Shown here one piece after another: positions 19,500-28,596 of a stretch of DNA of 64,000 nt. The notes beneath the pieces were generated by a model that worked only from the letters and a program-made list of their open reading frames with translations, was not told the origin of the DNA and did not search any database. The translations under genes were made by a program, and so were the position numbers. The number at the start of each line of letters is the position of its first letter. Within the stretch, counting starts at the first letter, position 1. The stretch lies in assembly GCA_945787555.1 (NCBI GenBank), contig CALZJG010000026.1:230-64229 (forward strand). The letters are read 5' to 3'. Source of the DNA: an uncultured Chromatiaceae bacterium (GTDB taxonomy: Bacteria > Pseudomonadota > Gammaproteobacteria > DRLM01).

Positions 19500-21014
19500 A
19501 TGCCAAAGAAATACCTAGAAAAAATCCTCAAGGCGCGGGTTTATGACGTAGCGGTGGAGACACCGTTGGATGACATGCCGCGTTTATCCAAGCGCTATAA
19601 CAACAGCGTGCTGCTCAAGCGCGAAGACTTGCAACCCGTGTTCTCTTTCAAGCTGCGCGGCGCCTATAACAAGATTGCGCAATTGAGCGAACAGGAGCGT
19701 CTGCAGGGGGTAATCGCCGCCTCGGCGGGTAATCATGCGCAGGGCGTGGCCTTGGCCGCGCAGCGTTTGAGTATCCAGGCGTTGATCGTCATGCCGCGCA
19801 CCACGCCGGATATCAAGGTGGCTTCAGTGCGCAGCATGGGCGCTAAGACGGTATTGCACGGTGACACCTACGACGAGGCCTATCGTCGCGCTGCGCAATT
19901 GGCAGACGATAAGGGTATGACATTCGTACATCCCTACGACGATCCCGATGTCATCGCCGGACAAGGCACGGTGGCGATGGAAATATTGCGTCAGCATGAG
20001 ACGCCCATCCACGCCATTTTTGTGCCGGTGGGCGGCGGCGGCTTGATCGCCGGTGTGGCCGCTTATGTGAAGGCGCTGTATCCCGAAACCAAGGTGATTG
20101 GTGTGGAGCCTGACGATGCACCCTGTATGTATCAGGCGCTCAAGCGCAAGAAGCGGGTGATTCTTGATCAAGTGGGCATATTTGCGGACGGTGTGGCGGT
20201 ACGCCAGGCCGGCGCCGAGCCGTTCCGAGTGGCGCGCAAATGCGTCGATGAGGTGATTTTGGTCGGTACCGATGAGATTTGCGCGGCGATCAAGGATATT
20301 TTCGATGATACGCGCTCCATCGCCGAACCGGCCGGTGCCTTGGCAGTGGCGGGACTGAAGAAATACGTCGAGCGCGAGGGTGTTTCCGGCGAACAGCTCA
20401 TCGCCATCGATAGTGGTGCGAACATGAATTTTGACCGTTTGCGTCACGTTGCCGAGCGTGCTGAGGTGGGCGAACGCAACGAAGCCATACTCGCGGTCAC
20501 CATCCCCGAGCGACCAGGCAGCTTCCGAGCTTTCTGCGAGGCCATCGGGATGCGCTCGATCACTGAGTTCAATTATCGCTACTCGGATGCCGGACTGGCC
20601 CATGTCTTCGCCGGCATACAGCTGCGCGGCGGCGACGAGGAACGGCGTACCATCGTCGAAAAGCTGCGAGCAGAGGGTTACCCTGTGGTGGATCTGACCG
20701 AGAACGAAGTGGCTAAACTACATGTGCGCCACATGGTCGGTGGACATGCGGCTGGCGTGGTGGACGAGGCGGTCTACCGTTTCGAATTCCCGGAACGGCC
20801 GGGAGCCTTATTGCGCTTCCTCACCAGTATCGGTCAACGTTGGAACATCAGTCTGTTTCATTATCGCAATCACGGCGCCGCCTACGGACGCGTATTGGTC
20901 GGCGTGCAAGTGCCGAGCGGCGATAAAACCGGTTTTCAGTCTTTTCTCTCCGAGCTTGGATATCCCTACGTCGAAGAGACCGAAAATCCGGTTTATGAGC
21001 TTTTCCTGCGCTAG
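19500..21014 (+). CDS. ilvA: Biosynthetic threonine ammonia-lyase (threonine dehydratase) IlvA
   Basis: PLP-fold FSFKLRGAYNKI (Lys site), SAGNHAQGVA and two C-terminal ACT-like regulatory domains. 504 aa. Confidence 0.9.
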   Translation: MPKKYLEKILKARVYDVAVETPLDDMPRLSKRYNNSVLLKREDLQPVFSFKLRGAYNKIAQLSEQERLQGVIAASAGNHAQGVALAAQRLSIQALIVMPRTTPDIKVASVRSMGAKTVLHGDTYDEAYRRAAQLADDKGMTFVHPYDDPDVIAGQGTVAMEILRQHETPIHAIFVPVGGGGLIAGVAAYVKALYPETKVIGVEPDDAPCMYQALKRKKRVILDQVGIFADGVAVRQAGAEPFRVARKCVDEVILVGTDEICAAIKDIFDDTRSIAEPAGALAVAGLKKYVEREGVSGEQLIAIDSGANMNFDRLRHVAERAEVGERNEAILAVTIPERPGSFRAFCEAIGMRSITEFNYRYSDAGLAHVFAGIQLRGGDEERRTIVEKLRAEGYPVVDLTENEVAKLHVRHMVGGHAAGVVDEAVYRFEFPERPGALLRFLTSIGQRWNISLFHYRNHGAAYGRVLVGVQVPSGDKTGFQSFLSELGYPYVEETENPVYELFLR

Positions 21015-21067
21015 ATTTGAGTTCGCCCCCCTGAAACGGGAGGGTGCGGGGCCGGTAATGCATACAC

Positions 21068-21130
21068 GAAGGGCCTGCTGAGCAGGCCCTTCGTACAATA
21101 AAAGCGTCGGAACTGCTATTTTCCCGACGC
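21068..21130. terminator. Convergent terminator region (two hairpins) between ilvA and the H1-like gene
   Basis: Perfect palindrome GAAGGGCCTGC-tgag-GCAGGCCCTTC at 21068-21092. GCGTCGG-N13-CCGACGC at 21104-21130 is followed on the minus strand by TTTTATT. Confidence 0.55.
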
Positions 21131-21141
21131 CCGGTTACCAC

Positions 21142-21534
21142 CTACTTTCTGGCAGCCGTTTTCCTTTTGGCGGTTTTCTTTCTGGCCGTTTTCTTTTTCC
21201 CGGCCTTTTTCTTACCAGCCCGCTTCTTGCCGGCGACCTTCTTCTTGGCCGCTTTTTTCTTACCGGCTTTCTTCTTGGCCGCTTTTTTCTTGCCGGCCTT
21301 CTTCTTGGCTACCTTCTTCTTGGCAGCCTTTTTCTTGCCGACCTTCTTTTTGGCTACTTTCTTCTTAGCAGCCTTTTTCTTGCCGGCTTTTTTCTTGCCG
21401 GCCTTCTTGCGGCCTGCGGCCTTCTTGGTGGTCGCCTTTCTTTTAGCGGTTACTTTCTTCCTTGCTACCGCTTTCTTCGTCGTCGACTTCCGCTTGGCAG
21501 TCGACTTCTTTTTGGTGGATTTCTTCGTCGCCAT
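21142..21534 (-). CDS. Histone H1-like Lys/Ala-rich nucleoid protein (AlgP/Hc1-like)
   Basis: 130 aa, almost entirely AKKK/KKAA repeats. Perfect SD AAGGAGGA 6 nt upstream of the ATG. The opposite-strand frame translates to FFLAAFF nonsense. Confidence 0.75.
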   Translation of the reverse strand: MATKKSTKKKSTAKRKSTTKKAVARKKVTAKRKATTKKAAGRKKAGKKKAGKKKAAKKKVAKKKVGKKKAAKKKVAKKKAGKKKAAKKKAGKKKAAKKKVAGKKRAGKKKAGKKKTARKKTAKRKTAARK

Positions 21535-21846
21535 TGTAGTTCCTCCTTAATGTGAACGTGACGTTCGCTAGTAAGTATAAACAACTTCTTTAAAAATCAA
21601 AGAGTGTTTATTACAAAACAGTATCGAACGATGAAATGGATTCCTTTAGAGATTTCCACTGAAATGACCGTTTTGATGCGTGCGTAGTTGCTGATGAGTG
21701 CTCGTTCAGTGTTGCGATGAGTGTTCGCAGGAGAGTCATGGTGGACGTTGATGGAGGGTATTCGTTGGCGTCGGTGTGCGGTCTTGATGTTAAAAAAACG
21801 CTTTATTTGAGGCTTAATGCATTGGGCGGGTGTTTATTAGGCAGGT

Positions 21847-22305
21847 CTATTCTATGTGTAGGATGTGGTTCCATTGTGCCTTGGTGACGGGCATGATCGA
21901 GAGTCGATTGCCGCGGTTGAGTAATGGGAAATCGTTGAGTGCGGGGTGCGATTTTAGCTCCGCGAGGCTGATGTGGCGATTGAGTCGGCGCCGAAATTTT
22001 ACATCGACCATGTACCAGCGAGGTTGGTCGGAGGCGCTTTTTGGGTCGTAGTAAGGGCTATCGGGGTTCAGTGCGGTATGGTCAGGGTAGCCCGCGCGAA
22101 CGATTTCAACGATGCCGGCGATGCCCGGTTCTTTACAGTTGGAGTGATAGAAGAAGGCCAGATCGCCTTCCTTCATCTGGTCGCGGAGCATGTTGCGTGC
22201 TTGGTAATTGCGTACGCCGTCCCAGTGTTCGGTTTGCTTGGGCTTGAGCGCCAAATCGTCGATGCTGAACGTTTCGGGCTCTGATTTCATCAGCCAGTAG
22301 CGCAT
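21847..22305 (-). CDS. EVE (PUA-like) domain protein
   Basis: MRYWLMKSEPETFSIDDL...GDLAFFYHS...GIAGIVEIVR is the EVE-domain signature. The upstream extension of the 230-aa ORF looks non-coding. Confidence 0.75.
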   Translation of the reverse strand: MRYWLMKSEPETFSIDDLALKPKQTEHWDGVRNYQARNMLRDQMKEGDLAFFYHSNCKEPGIAGIVEIVRAGYPDHTALNPDSPYYDPKSASDQPRWYMVDVKFRRRLNRHISLAELKSHPALNDFPLLNRGNRLSIMPVTKAQWNHILHIE

Positions 22306-22333
22306 GGGGTGTTTCCTGTATGAGATACGCGGT

Positions 22334-23020
22334 TTAACGCGCGAAGAAGTGGAGTCTGGTCTCGGTGGCGATGCCGTCCAAGGGTATGTCCCAAGGTTGG
22401 GTGGTGAGCGTCGAAACGTGCTGGCACTCATGTGCATAGCCCAGCAAGCGCGGTTTGCGCCAATGGCGACGATGCCACAGAAACGCCAGCGTGCGATCAT
22501 AATAGCCGCCCCCCATGCCCAACCGATTGCCGTGATCATCGAAAGCCACCAGCGGCACTAGCATTAGATCCAAGCTTCGGGCGCTGATTGCACGCAGGCC
22601 GGCGTAGTCCGGCTCCGGTATGCCGTAGCGATTGGGGCTCAGGGCGTCGCCATGGTGATAGGGGACAAATCCCAAACGTCCATTTCGAGTGATGATGGGT
22701 AAATAGCAGCGTTTGCCCAGCGCCCAAGCGCGCGTGAGTAACGGCCAGGGATCCAGTTCGCCATCGTTGCTGAGATAGAAAGCGATGTGTTGGCTACGAC
22801 GGAACAGGGTATTGGCCGTCACTAAACGCGCGGCACAACGGGCGGCATCGACTTGTTGGTGCTGGTCGAGGCTGCGACGCCGGTCGCGCATCCAGCGGCG
22901 GATGTCGGCGCGTGAGGCGTCGGGCGGGGGATTAAAAGGGGTCGACGCAGACGAGGGCTGGTGTTGGCCGGGGGGCTGTGGCTTCATCCGTTCTGTGCTT
23001 CGCATAGATGGAAAGTGCAT
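22334..23020 (-). CDS. 5-formyltetrahydrofolate cyclo-ligase
   Basis: LVPLVAFDDHGNRLGMGGGYYDRTL and GYAHECQHV match E. coli YgfA. The start is uncertain (ATG at 23020, 23005 or 22987). Confidence 0.8.
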   Translation of the reverse strand: MHFPSMRSTERMKPQPPGQHQPSSASTPFNPPPDASRADIRRWMRDRRRSLDQHQQVDAARCAARLVTANTLFRRSQHIAFYLSNDGELDPWPLLTRAWALGKRCYLPIITRNGRLGFVPYHHGDALSPNRYGIPEPDYAGLRAISARSLDLMLVPLVAFDDHGNRLGMGGGYYDRTLAFLWHRRHWRKPRLLGYAHECQHVSTLTTQPWDIPLDGIATETRLHFFAR

Positions 23021-23024
23021 CCTC

Positions 23025-23212
23025 CACGAGAACCGTCGCCAACCTTCGCCCTTGAACCATCAGGTTCAGGTGGGGAAGCGTGCGGCGCCTCAGGCTTTCC
23101 GCTCGGTGGCGGACATGCACACCGGCGTCGTCGAAGCGTCCCCGTAGCGAAAGTATTAGGGTCAAGGAGAATGATGGTTCGCTGACGAGAGCCGCAGAGG
23201 ATGCGAGAAGAT
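23025..23212 (-). ncRNA. ssrS: 6S RNA (ssrS)
   Basis: About 190 nt between zapA and the cyclo-ligase, the conserved ssrS position. The minus-strand read contains ...UCGACGACGCCGGUGUGCAUG... and ...ACCUGAACCUGAUGGUUCAAGGG..., resembling E. coli 6S ...GCGACGACACAUUCACCUUGAACCAAGGGUUCAAGGG. Ends are approximate. Confidence 0.6.
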
Positions 23213-23248
23213 TGTAGCGCGATCAAAGGGCCAGCGACAGGGGGTGGA

Positions 23249-23566
23249 TCACAGTTCCATTTGCCGGGTTTCTTGCAGGGCGGCGTCGATTTTGTTCTGT
23301 AGGGCGCGGATGCGATTGCCCAGCGAGAGGTCCACCGGCTGTGCTTCCTGGCGGCTTTGCATGAGCAGTTCATGGGCCATGTTGAGAGCGGCCATGACGG
23401 CGATACGGTCGGCGCCCACCACTTTGCCGCTATCGCGGATTTCCTTCATCTTGCGGCTCAAATAGGCCGCCGATTCCACCAGCGCTTCACGCTCACCCGG
23501 CGGGCAGCCAATGCGATATTCCTTGTCTAAGATATGAATGGTGACTGGGGTGGAGTCGCCGTTCAT
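23249..23566 (-). CDS. zapA: Cell division protein ZapA
   Basis: 105 aa. VTIHILDKEYRIGCPPGEREALVESAAYLSRKMKEIRDSG is the typical ZapA N-terminus plus coiled coil. Confidence 0.8.
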   Translation of the reverse strand: MNGDSTPVTIHILDKEYRIGCPPGEREALVESAAYLSRKMKEIRDSGKVVGADRIAVMAALNMAHELLMQSRQEAQPVDLSLGNRIRALQNKIDAALQETRQMEL

Positions 23567-23799
23567 GATTCGGATTCCATGGCCTTGAGGCGCATTAACA
23601 TCATTTCCACCTGCGCACGCGCATGATCGTTCTTCTGCGCCAGTTTGGCGCGCTCAGTGGTCAGAGCCGTTTGTTGATGACGCAACAGGCGGTTCTCGTC
23701 CTTGAGACGCTGACAGGTGCGGATTAGCTCTTCGATGCGGCTTTCCAGCATGCGCACGTCGGCTTCGGTGATGCGTTGTTGGGTTTTGTCGGTGCTCAT
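23563..23799 (-). CDS. ZapB-like coiled-coil cell-division protein (DUF904/TIGR02449-like)
   Basis: 78-aa all-helical coiled coil (LESRIEELIRTCQRLKDENRLLRHQQ). 4-nt overlap with zapA. Confidence 0.55.
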   Translation of the reverse strand: MSTDKTQQRITEADVRMLESRIEELIRTCQRLKDENRLLRHQQTALTTERAKLAQKNDHARAQVEMMLMRLKAMESES

Positions 23800-23937
23800 G
23801 GGGTATCAATAGTAAGAGCGTCGTGGGGGTCGGGTCAATCTCCCCGTGGTTGGTTAGGGGGTGGAGAGGCGTGGTAGCATAGCGACGCAAATTGATCACA
23901 CTTTTATATATAAAGTGTCCGGATGAGGGGGTAGACG

Positions 23938-24537
23938 TTGGCGATGGACACAACGCAGCCGGATTTCCGGCGCATCGAGGATATATTACGGCGCATCGGG
24001 GTGGGCGCGTTGGCTGCCGAGGTCCACGGCAGCTTGTGCGGATTGCTGTGCGCCAGCGAGGGGGTGGACGCCGCTGCCTGGGCCGCCGGGGTGCTGCGTG
24101 GCACCATGGGCGCGCCGCAGGATCATTCCTCGCCTCTAGGCGAGGTGCGCGCCGCAGATCAGGCGTTGTTGGTTCAGTTGCATACCCAGACGGTGGCGCA
24201 AATCAACGACGCGAACTACGGTTTCGACTTGCTGCTGCCCGAGGACGATGAGCCCTTGGTCGAGCGCGCCGAGGCGCTATCGCAATGGTGTCAGGGATTT
24301 TTACTGGGGCTGGGCTTGGGCGGCATTCAAGACCATAACAAGTTGCCTGGTGATGCGGGTGAGATCATCCGCGATTTGGCGGATATCTCACGGCTAGGGC
24401 ACAGTGGTGAATCCGGCGAGGACGAGGAGACCGCTTACGCGGAGATCGTCGAATATGTGCGCATGGGCGTGTTACTGGTATTCGAAGAGTTGCGCCCTTC
24501 ACGCACCGCCAAGCCCGATGGCGGCGTGGTTCACTGA
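23938..24537 (+). CDS. UPF0149-family protein YgfB
   Basis: 199 aa. Sits divergent from zapA and upstream of pepP, as in E. coli. Acidic C-terminal half. Confidence 0.65.
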   Translation: MAMDTTQPDFRRIEDILRRIGVGALAAEVHGSLCGLLCASEGVDAAAWAAGVLRGTMGAPQDHSSPLGEVRAADQALLVQLHTQTVAQINDANYGFDLLLPEDDEPLVERAEALSQWCQGFLLGLGLGGIQDHNKLPGDAGEIIRDLADISRLGHSGESGEDEETAYAEIVEYVRMGVLLVFEELRPSRTAKPDGGVVH

Positions 24538-24548
24538 GGGAATGAGTC

Positions 24549-25910
24549 GTGAGTCTGATACTGGATCGCCGGGAATATCCCAGGCGCCGTAAACAGCTGA
24601 TGCGCATGATGGGCGCCGACAGTATCGCCATATTGCCTGCTGCGCCGGTGCGCTTGCGCAATCGCGACGCCGAGTATCCCTACCGCCAAGACAGCGATTT
24701 CTATTATCTGGCCGGCTTTCCCGAACCCGAAGCGGTGGCGGTGCTGGTGCCCGGGCGCGGTCACGGAGAATACTTGTTGTTTTGCCGTGAACGGGACGAG
24801 GAGAAAGAAGTTTGGCACGGTCGTCGTGCTGGTCCGGAAGGGGCGCAACAGCACTACGGCGCCGACGATGCTTTTCCCATCGACGACATCGACGATATCT
24901 TGCCGGGCCTGCTTGAAAACAAGGAGCGGGTCTTTTACACCATGGGTTATAGCCCGGATTTCGATCAGCGCATAATGGGCTGGGTGAACCGGGTGCGGGA
25001 GCGCGCGCGCGGCGGCAGCCGGCCGCCGGGTGAGTTCGTGTCCCTAGAGCATTTATTGCATGACATGCGTCTATATAAGAGTCGCGCCGAAATTGCGGTG
25101 ATGCGTGAGGCCGGACGTATCGCCGCCCACGCTCATCGTCGCGCCATGCAAGCCTGTAAGCCGGGCCTCATGGAGTACGAAGTCGAGGCTGAGTTGCTGC
25201 ACGAGTTTCGCGCCAAAGGGGCGTGGACGGCCTACAATCCCATCGTCGGCGGCGGTGCCAACGCCTGCATACTCCATTACGTGGAGAACAATGCTCCACT
25301 CAATGACGGTGACTTGTTGCTCATCGATGCCGGTGCGGAGCTCGATCATTACGCCTCGGACATCACCCGCACCTTCCCCGTCAATGGCCGGTTCTCGACC
25401 GCCCAGCGCGCGGTATACGAAATCGTCTTGGCGGCACAGGAAGCGGCGATAGCCAAATCACAGCCCGGGCGCCATTGGAACGAACCGCACGATGCAGCGG
25501 TGCGGGTGCTCACCGAGGGCTTGGTGAGCCTGGGGTTATTGAAAGGGAAGGTTAAGGATCTGATCCGCAGCGGCGCCTATCGGCGGTTTTACATGCATCG
25601 TACCGGCCACTGGATGGGCATGGATGTGCACGATGTTGGTGACTACAAAGTGGGCGACGAATGGCGCGTGCTGGAGCCGGGCATGGTGTACACCGTCGAG
25701 CCGGGCGTGTACATCCCGGCCGGTTCGAAAGGCGTGGCCAAGAAGTGGTGGAATATCGGCGTGCGGATCGAGGATGATGTGCTCATCACTCGCGACGGTT
25801 GTGTCGTACTCTCCGCTGGCGCGCCCAAGACGGTGGACGAAGTCGAGGCCCTGATGGCGGGGCAGGCTACGGTTGCCCCGCAGCGCAAACGAGCCCGCCG
25901 TGCAGGCTGA
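24549..25910 (+). CDS. pepP: Xaa-Pro aminopeptidase PepP
   Basis: YPYRQDSDFYYLAGF, HYVENNAPL, DAGAELDHYASDITRTFPVNGRF, HRTGHWMGMDVHDVG and GIRIEDD align well with E. coli PepP. GTG start. Confidence 0.9.
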   Translation: MSLILDRREYPRRRKQLMRMMGADSIAILPAAPVRLRNRDAEYPYRQDSDFYYLAGFPEPEAVAVLVPGRGHGEYLLFCRERDEEKEVWHGRRAGPEGAQQHYGADDAFPIDDIDDILPGLLENKERVFYTMGYSPDFDQRIMGWVNRVRERARGGSRPPGEFVSLEHLLHDMRLYKSRAEIAVMREAGRIAAHAHRRAMQACKPGLMEYEVEAELLHEFRAKGAWTAYNPIVGGGANACILHYVENNAPLNDGDLLLIDAGAELDHYASDITRTFPVNGRFSTAQRAVYEIVLAAQEAAIAKSQPGRHWNEPHDAAVRVLTEGLVSLGLLKGKVKDLIRSGAYRRFYMHRTGHWMGMDVHDVGDYKVGDEWRVLEPGMVYTVEPGVYIPAGSKGVAKKWWNIGVRIEDDVLITRDGCVVLSAGAPKTVDEVEALMAGQATVAPQRKRARRAG

Positions 25911-27159
25911 GTCCGAATATGATGTCTTGATCGTGGGCGGCGGCTTGGTCGGCGCCAGTCTCGCTATCGCCTTGGAACGTGCGCCTTTGCGTGTTGCACT
26001 TGTTGAGGCGGTGCCGTTTCGCTCCGAGCGCCAACCCAGTTACGACGATCGCGTCATCGCCCTGGCCTACGGTACGCGACGCGTGTTCGAGGGCATGGGC
26101 GTGTGGCCGGAGTTGGCGCCGCAGGTCACGCCGATCCGCGCTATTCACATTTCCGATCGCGGCCATTTCGGGTTCACCCATTTGCACGCCGAGGACGAGG
26201 GCGTCGAGGCCTTGGGCTACGTGGCGGAGAGCCGTGTGCTAGGGCGGGTGCTGAGTGAGCGCTTGGCTGCGCTGGACAACGTCGAGGTGGTGTGTCCCGC
26301 GCGTGTGGCCAGCGTTGCCATCGGCTCACGTCACGTCGAGGTGGCGGTGAGCATGGGCGTGGATGCAAATCAAAATTCGGCGACAGCCAACCGTGAGAAC
26401 CGGGTCTTCAACGGACGCTTGGTAATCGCCGCCGATGGCGCCAAATCGATGGTGCGTGATCTGGTCGGCATACACACTACGCAATGGGATTACGGACAGA
26501 CGGCGATCATCGCCAACGTGACGCCGGAGCGCGCCCACGCCAATCGCGCCTATGAGCGCTTTACCGACAGCGGCCCGCTGGCTTTGTTACCGATGAGCGA
26601 TAATCGTTGTTCCTTGGTGTGGACGGTGCGTCATCACAAGGTGGATGAGATCATGGCGCTGGATGACGCGACCTTTCTTGCCCTCTTGCAAGAGCGTTTC
26701 GGGCAGCGGCTCGGTGCTTTCCAGCGCGTGGGTGCGCGTCACGCCTATCCCTTGTCTCTGGTGCGGGCCCGCGAACATGTGCGTGAGCGTTTGGCGCTGA
26801 TCGGCAATGCTGCGCACACCTTGCATCCGGTGGCCGGTCAAGGTTTTAACCTCGGTTTGCGTGACGTGGCGGCGTTGGCGCAAGTGTTGGTGGACGGTGT
26901 GCGGGGTGGACGAGACGTGGGCGAGTTGCAGGTACTGCAGGAGTACGCGCGCTGGCGGCGGCGCGATCACCTGAAGGTCATCACTTTCACTGATGGCTTG
27001 GCGCGCGTGTTCGCTAACCCGCTGGCGCCGGTGCGCATGTTGCGCAACTTCGGCTTATTGGCGGTAGATACCCTTCCGCCCATTAAGCATGTGTTGACGC
27101 GCCACACTATGGGGCTGGCCGGCAAGTTGCCGCGCCTAGCACGAGGTTTGCCGCTATGA
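25900..27159 (+). CDS. ubiH: 2-octaprenyl-6-methoxyphenol hydroxylase UbiH (FAD-dependent)
   Basis: DVLIVGGGLVGASLA Rossmann motif. GNAAHTLHPVAGQGFNLGLRDV matches E. coli UbiH. GTG 25900 overlaps the pepP stop by 11 nt (alternative ATG at 25873). Confidence 0.8.
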   Translation: MQAESEYDVLIVGGGLVGASLAIALERAPLRVALVEAVPFRSERQPSYDDRVIALAYGTRRVFEGMGVWPELAPQVTPIRAIHISDRGHFGFTHLHAEDEGVEALGYVAESRVLGRVLSERLAALDNVEVVCPARVASVAIGSRHVEVAVSMGVDANQNSATANRENRVFNGRLVIAADGAKSMVRDLVGIHTTQWDYGQTAIIANVTPERAHANRAYERFTDSGPLALLPMSDNRCSLVWTVRHHKVDEIMALDDATFLALLQERFGQRLGAFQRVGARHAYPLSLVRAREHVRERLALIGNAAHTLHPVAGQGFNLGLRDVAALAQVLVDGVRGGRDVGELQVLQEYARWRRRDHLKVITFTDGLARVFANPLAPVRMLRNFGLLAVDTLPPIKHVLTRHTMGLAGKLPRLARGLPL

Positions 27160-28424
27160 CCCGTAGGGCGCCGTCTGGCAACCGTAGGCCGCCGTCCGGT
27201 AAGCGGGGCTCACCCTCAGATAATCAATATGATGTGCTCATCGTCGGCGGCGGTATGGTCGGTGCCACCTTGGCCTGCGCGCTGGGCGACAGTGCATTGC
27301 GCGTCGCGTTGTTGGAAGCGCGGCCGCCCGAGGATGTCCGCACGGATGCGCATGATTTGCGCGTATCGGCACTCACCCGCGCCTCACAAACGGTGCTGGA
27401 GCGGCTGGGTGCTTGGCAAGGTATGGTGGTGCGGCGCGTCAGTCCGTTTCGTGAAATGCATGTGTGGGATGCGGCGGGCGCTGGCGTGATTCATTTCGAC
27501 AGCGCCGAGTTGGGCGAGGATGCATTGGGTCACATCGTCGAAAACCGCGTGGTGCAGTATGCCTTGTGGGAGCGGGCGCGTGATTTTTCCAACGTGACGT
27601 TGCTGAGCCCGGCCGCGTGGCGCGACGTGGAGTCCGAGGCGGCGGGTTTTCGCGTGCCGATGCAGGACGGGTCGAGCGTGACGACGCGCCTTATCGTTGG
27701 TGCCGACGGTGCGCGTTCACGGGTGCGCGAATGGGCGCGTTTACCGGTGAACGGTTGGCAGTATGACCAGAGCGGGCTGGTCGCGACGATACGCACCGAG
27801 CAGTCACATCGCGAAACGGCTTGGCAACGCTTCTTGCCCACCGGGCCGCTGGCGTTATTGCCGCTCAGCGATGGCAGCTGTTCCATCGTGTGGTCCACCT
27901 CGCCGCACGAGGCCGAGCGCTTGCTGGCGTTGGATGAACTCGCCTTCTGCCAGGAATTGGAAGCCGCTTTCGATAGCACTTTGGGTCGCGTCCTTTCCGT
28001 CGGTGAGCGCGCGGCGTTTCCATTGCGAGTGCAATACGCCGCAAAATATGTGCGTGCCGGCGTGGCCTTGGTGGGCGATGCTGCGCACACTGTGCATCCC
28101 TTGGCGGGGCAGGGCGTCAACTTAGGGATCATGGATGCGGCCGCATTGGCGGAAGTGCTGCTCGAGGCGCACGCAGCCGGTAAGGATCTCGCCGCCTTCG
28201 GCGTGTTGCGTCGCTATGAGCGTTGGCGCAAGGGCAACAACCTGATGATGATGGCCGCCATGGATGGTTTCAAACGTTTGTTCGGCACCGGCGCTGCACC
28301 AGTCCGGTGGGCGCGCAATGCCGGGCTCAGCGCTACCAATGCGCTGGGCCCAGTCAAGCATCTCATCATGCGTCATGCCATGGGGCGGACCGGTGACCTA
28401 CCGCGCCTGGCGCGCGGCGCTTGA
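27156..28424 (+). CDS. ubiI: FAD-dependent ubiquinone-biosynthesis hydroxylase, UbiI/VisC (or UbiF) family
   Basis: DVLIVGGGMVGATLA. GDAAHTVHPLAGQGVNLGIMDAA. ATGA overlap with ubiH. Same order as E. coli ubiH-visC. Confidence 0.75.
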   Translation: MTRRAPSGNRRPPSGKRGSPSDNQYDVLIVGGGMVGATLACALGDSALRVALLEARPPEDVRTDAHDLRVSALTRASQTVLERLGAWQGMVVRRVSPFREMHVWDAAGAGVIHFDSAELGEDALGHIVENRVVQYALWERARDFSNVTLLSPAAWRDVESEAAGFRVPMQDGSSVTTRLIVGADGARSRVREWARLPVNGWQYDQSGLVATIRTEQSHRETAWQRFLPTGPLALLPLSDGSCSIVWSTSPHEAERLLALDELAFCQELEAAFDSTLGRVLSVGERAAFPLRVQYAAKYVRAGVALVGDAAHTVHPLAGQGVNLGIMDAAALAEVLLEAHAAGKDLAAFGVLRRYERWRKGNNLMMMAAMDGFKRLFGTGAAPVRWARNAGLSATNALGPVKHLIMRHAMGRTGDLPRLARGA

Positions 28425-28532
28425 ACCTGACGCCGCCGTTTCCTCGTTCTTCGTTCAGAGCCGATTCAGTCCTAGGCGCGCATATATATAGTGTGCGGCG
28501 GATTTCCCGACTTAAATTCCCAGTTGATTACA

Positions 28533-28557
28533 CTAATGATTATCATTATCATTATCT
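28533..28557 (+). promoter_or_regulatory. Fur box (iron box)
   Basis: TAATGATTATCATTATCATTATC closely matches the Fur consensus GATAATGATAATCATTATC. Lies 40 nt upstream of the Fe(III) ABC substrate-binding gene. Confidence 0.7.
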
Positions 28558-28596
28558 TTACTTGAGCGCTGGAAGCGCCTGAATTCGGAGAGCAAT

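Noticed and set aside
21167-21550. Plus-strand ORF (FFLAAFFLPAFF repeats) mirroring the histone-H1-like gene
   Set aside because: It is the antisense reading of the Lys/Ala repeat DNA. Only the minus strand has a perfect SD (AAGGAGGA) and gives a known protein type.
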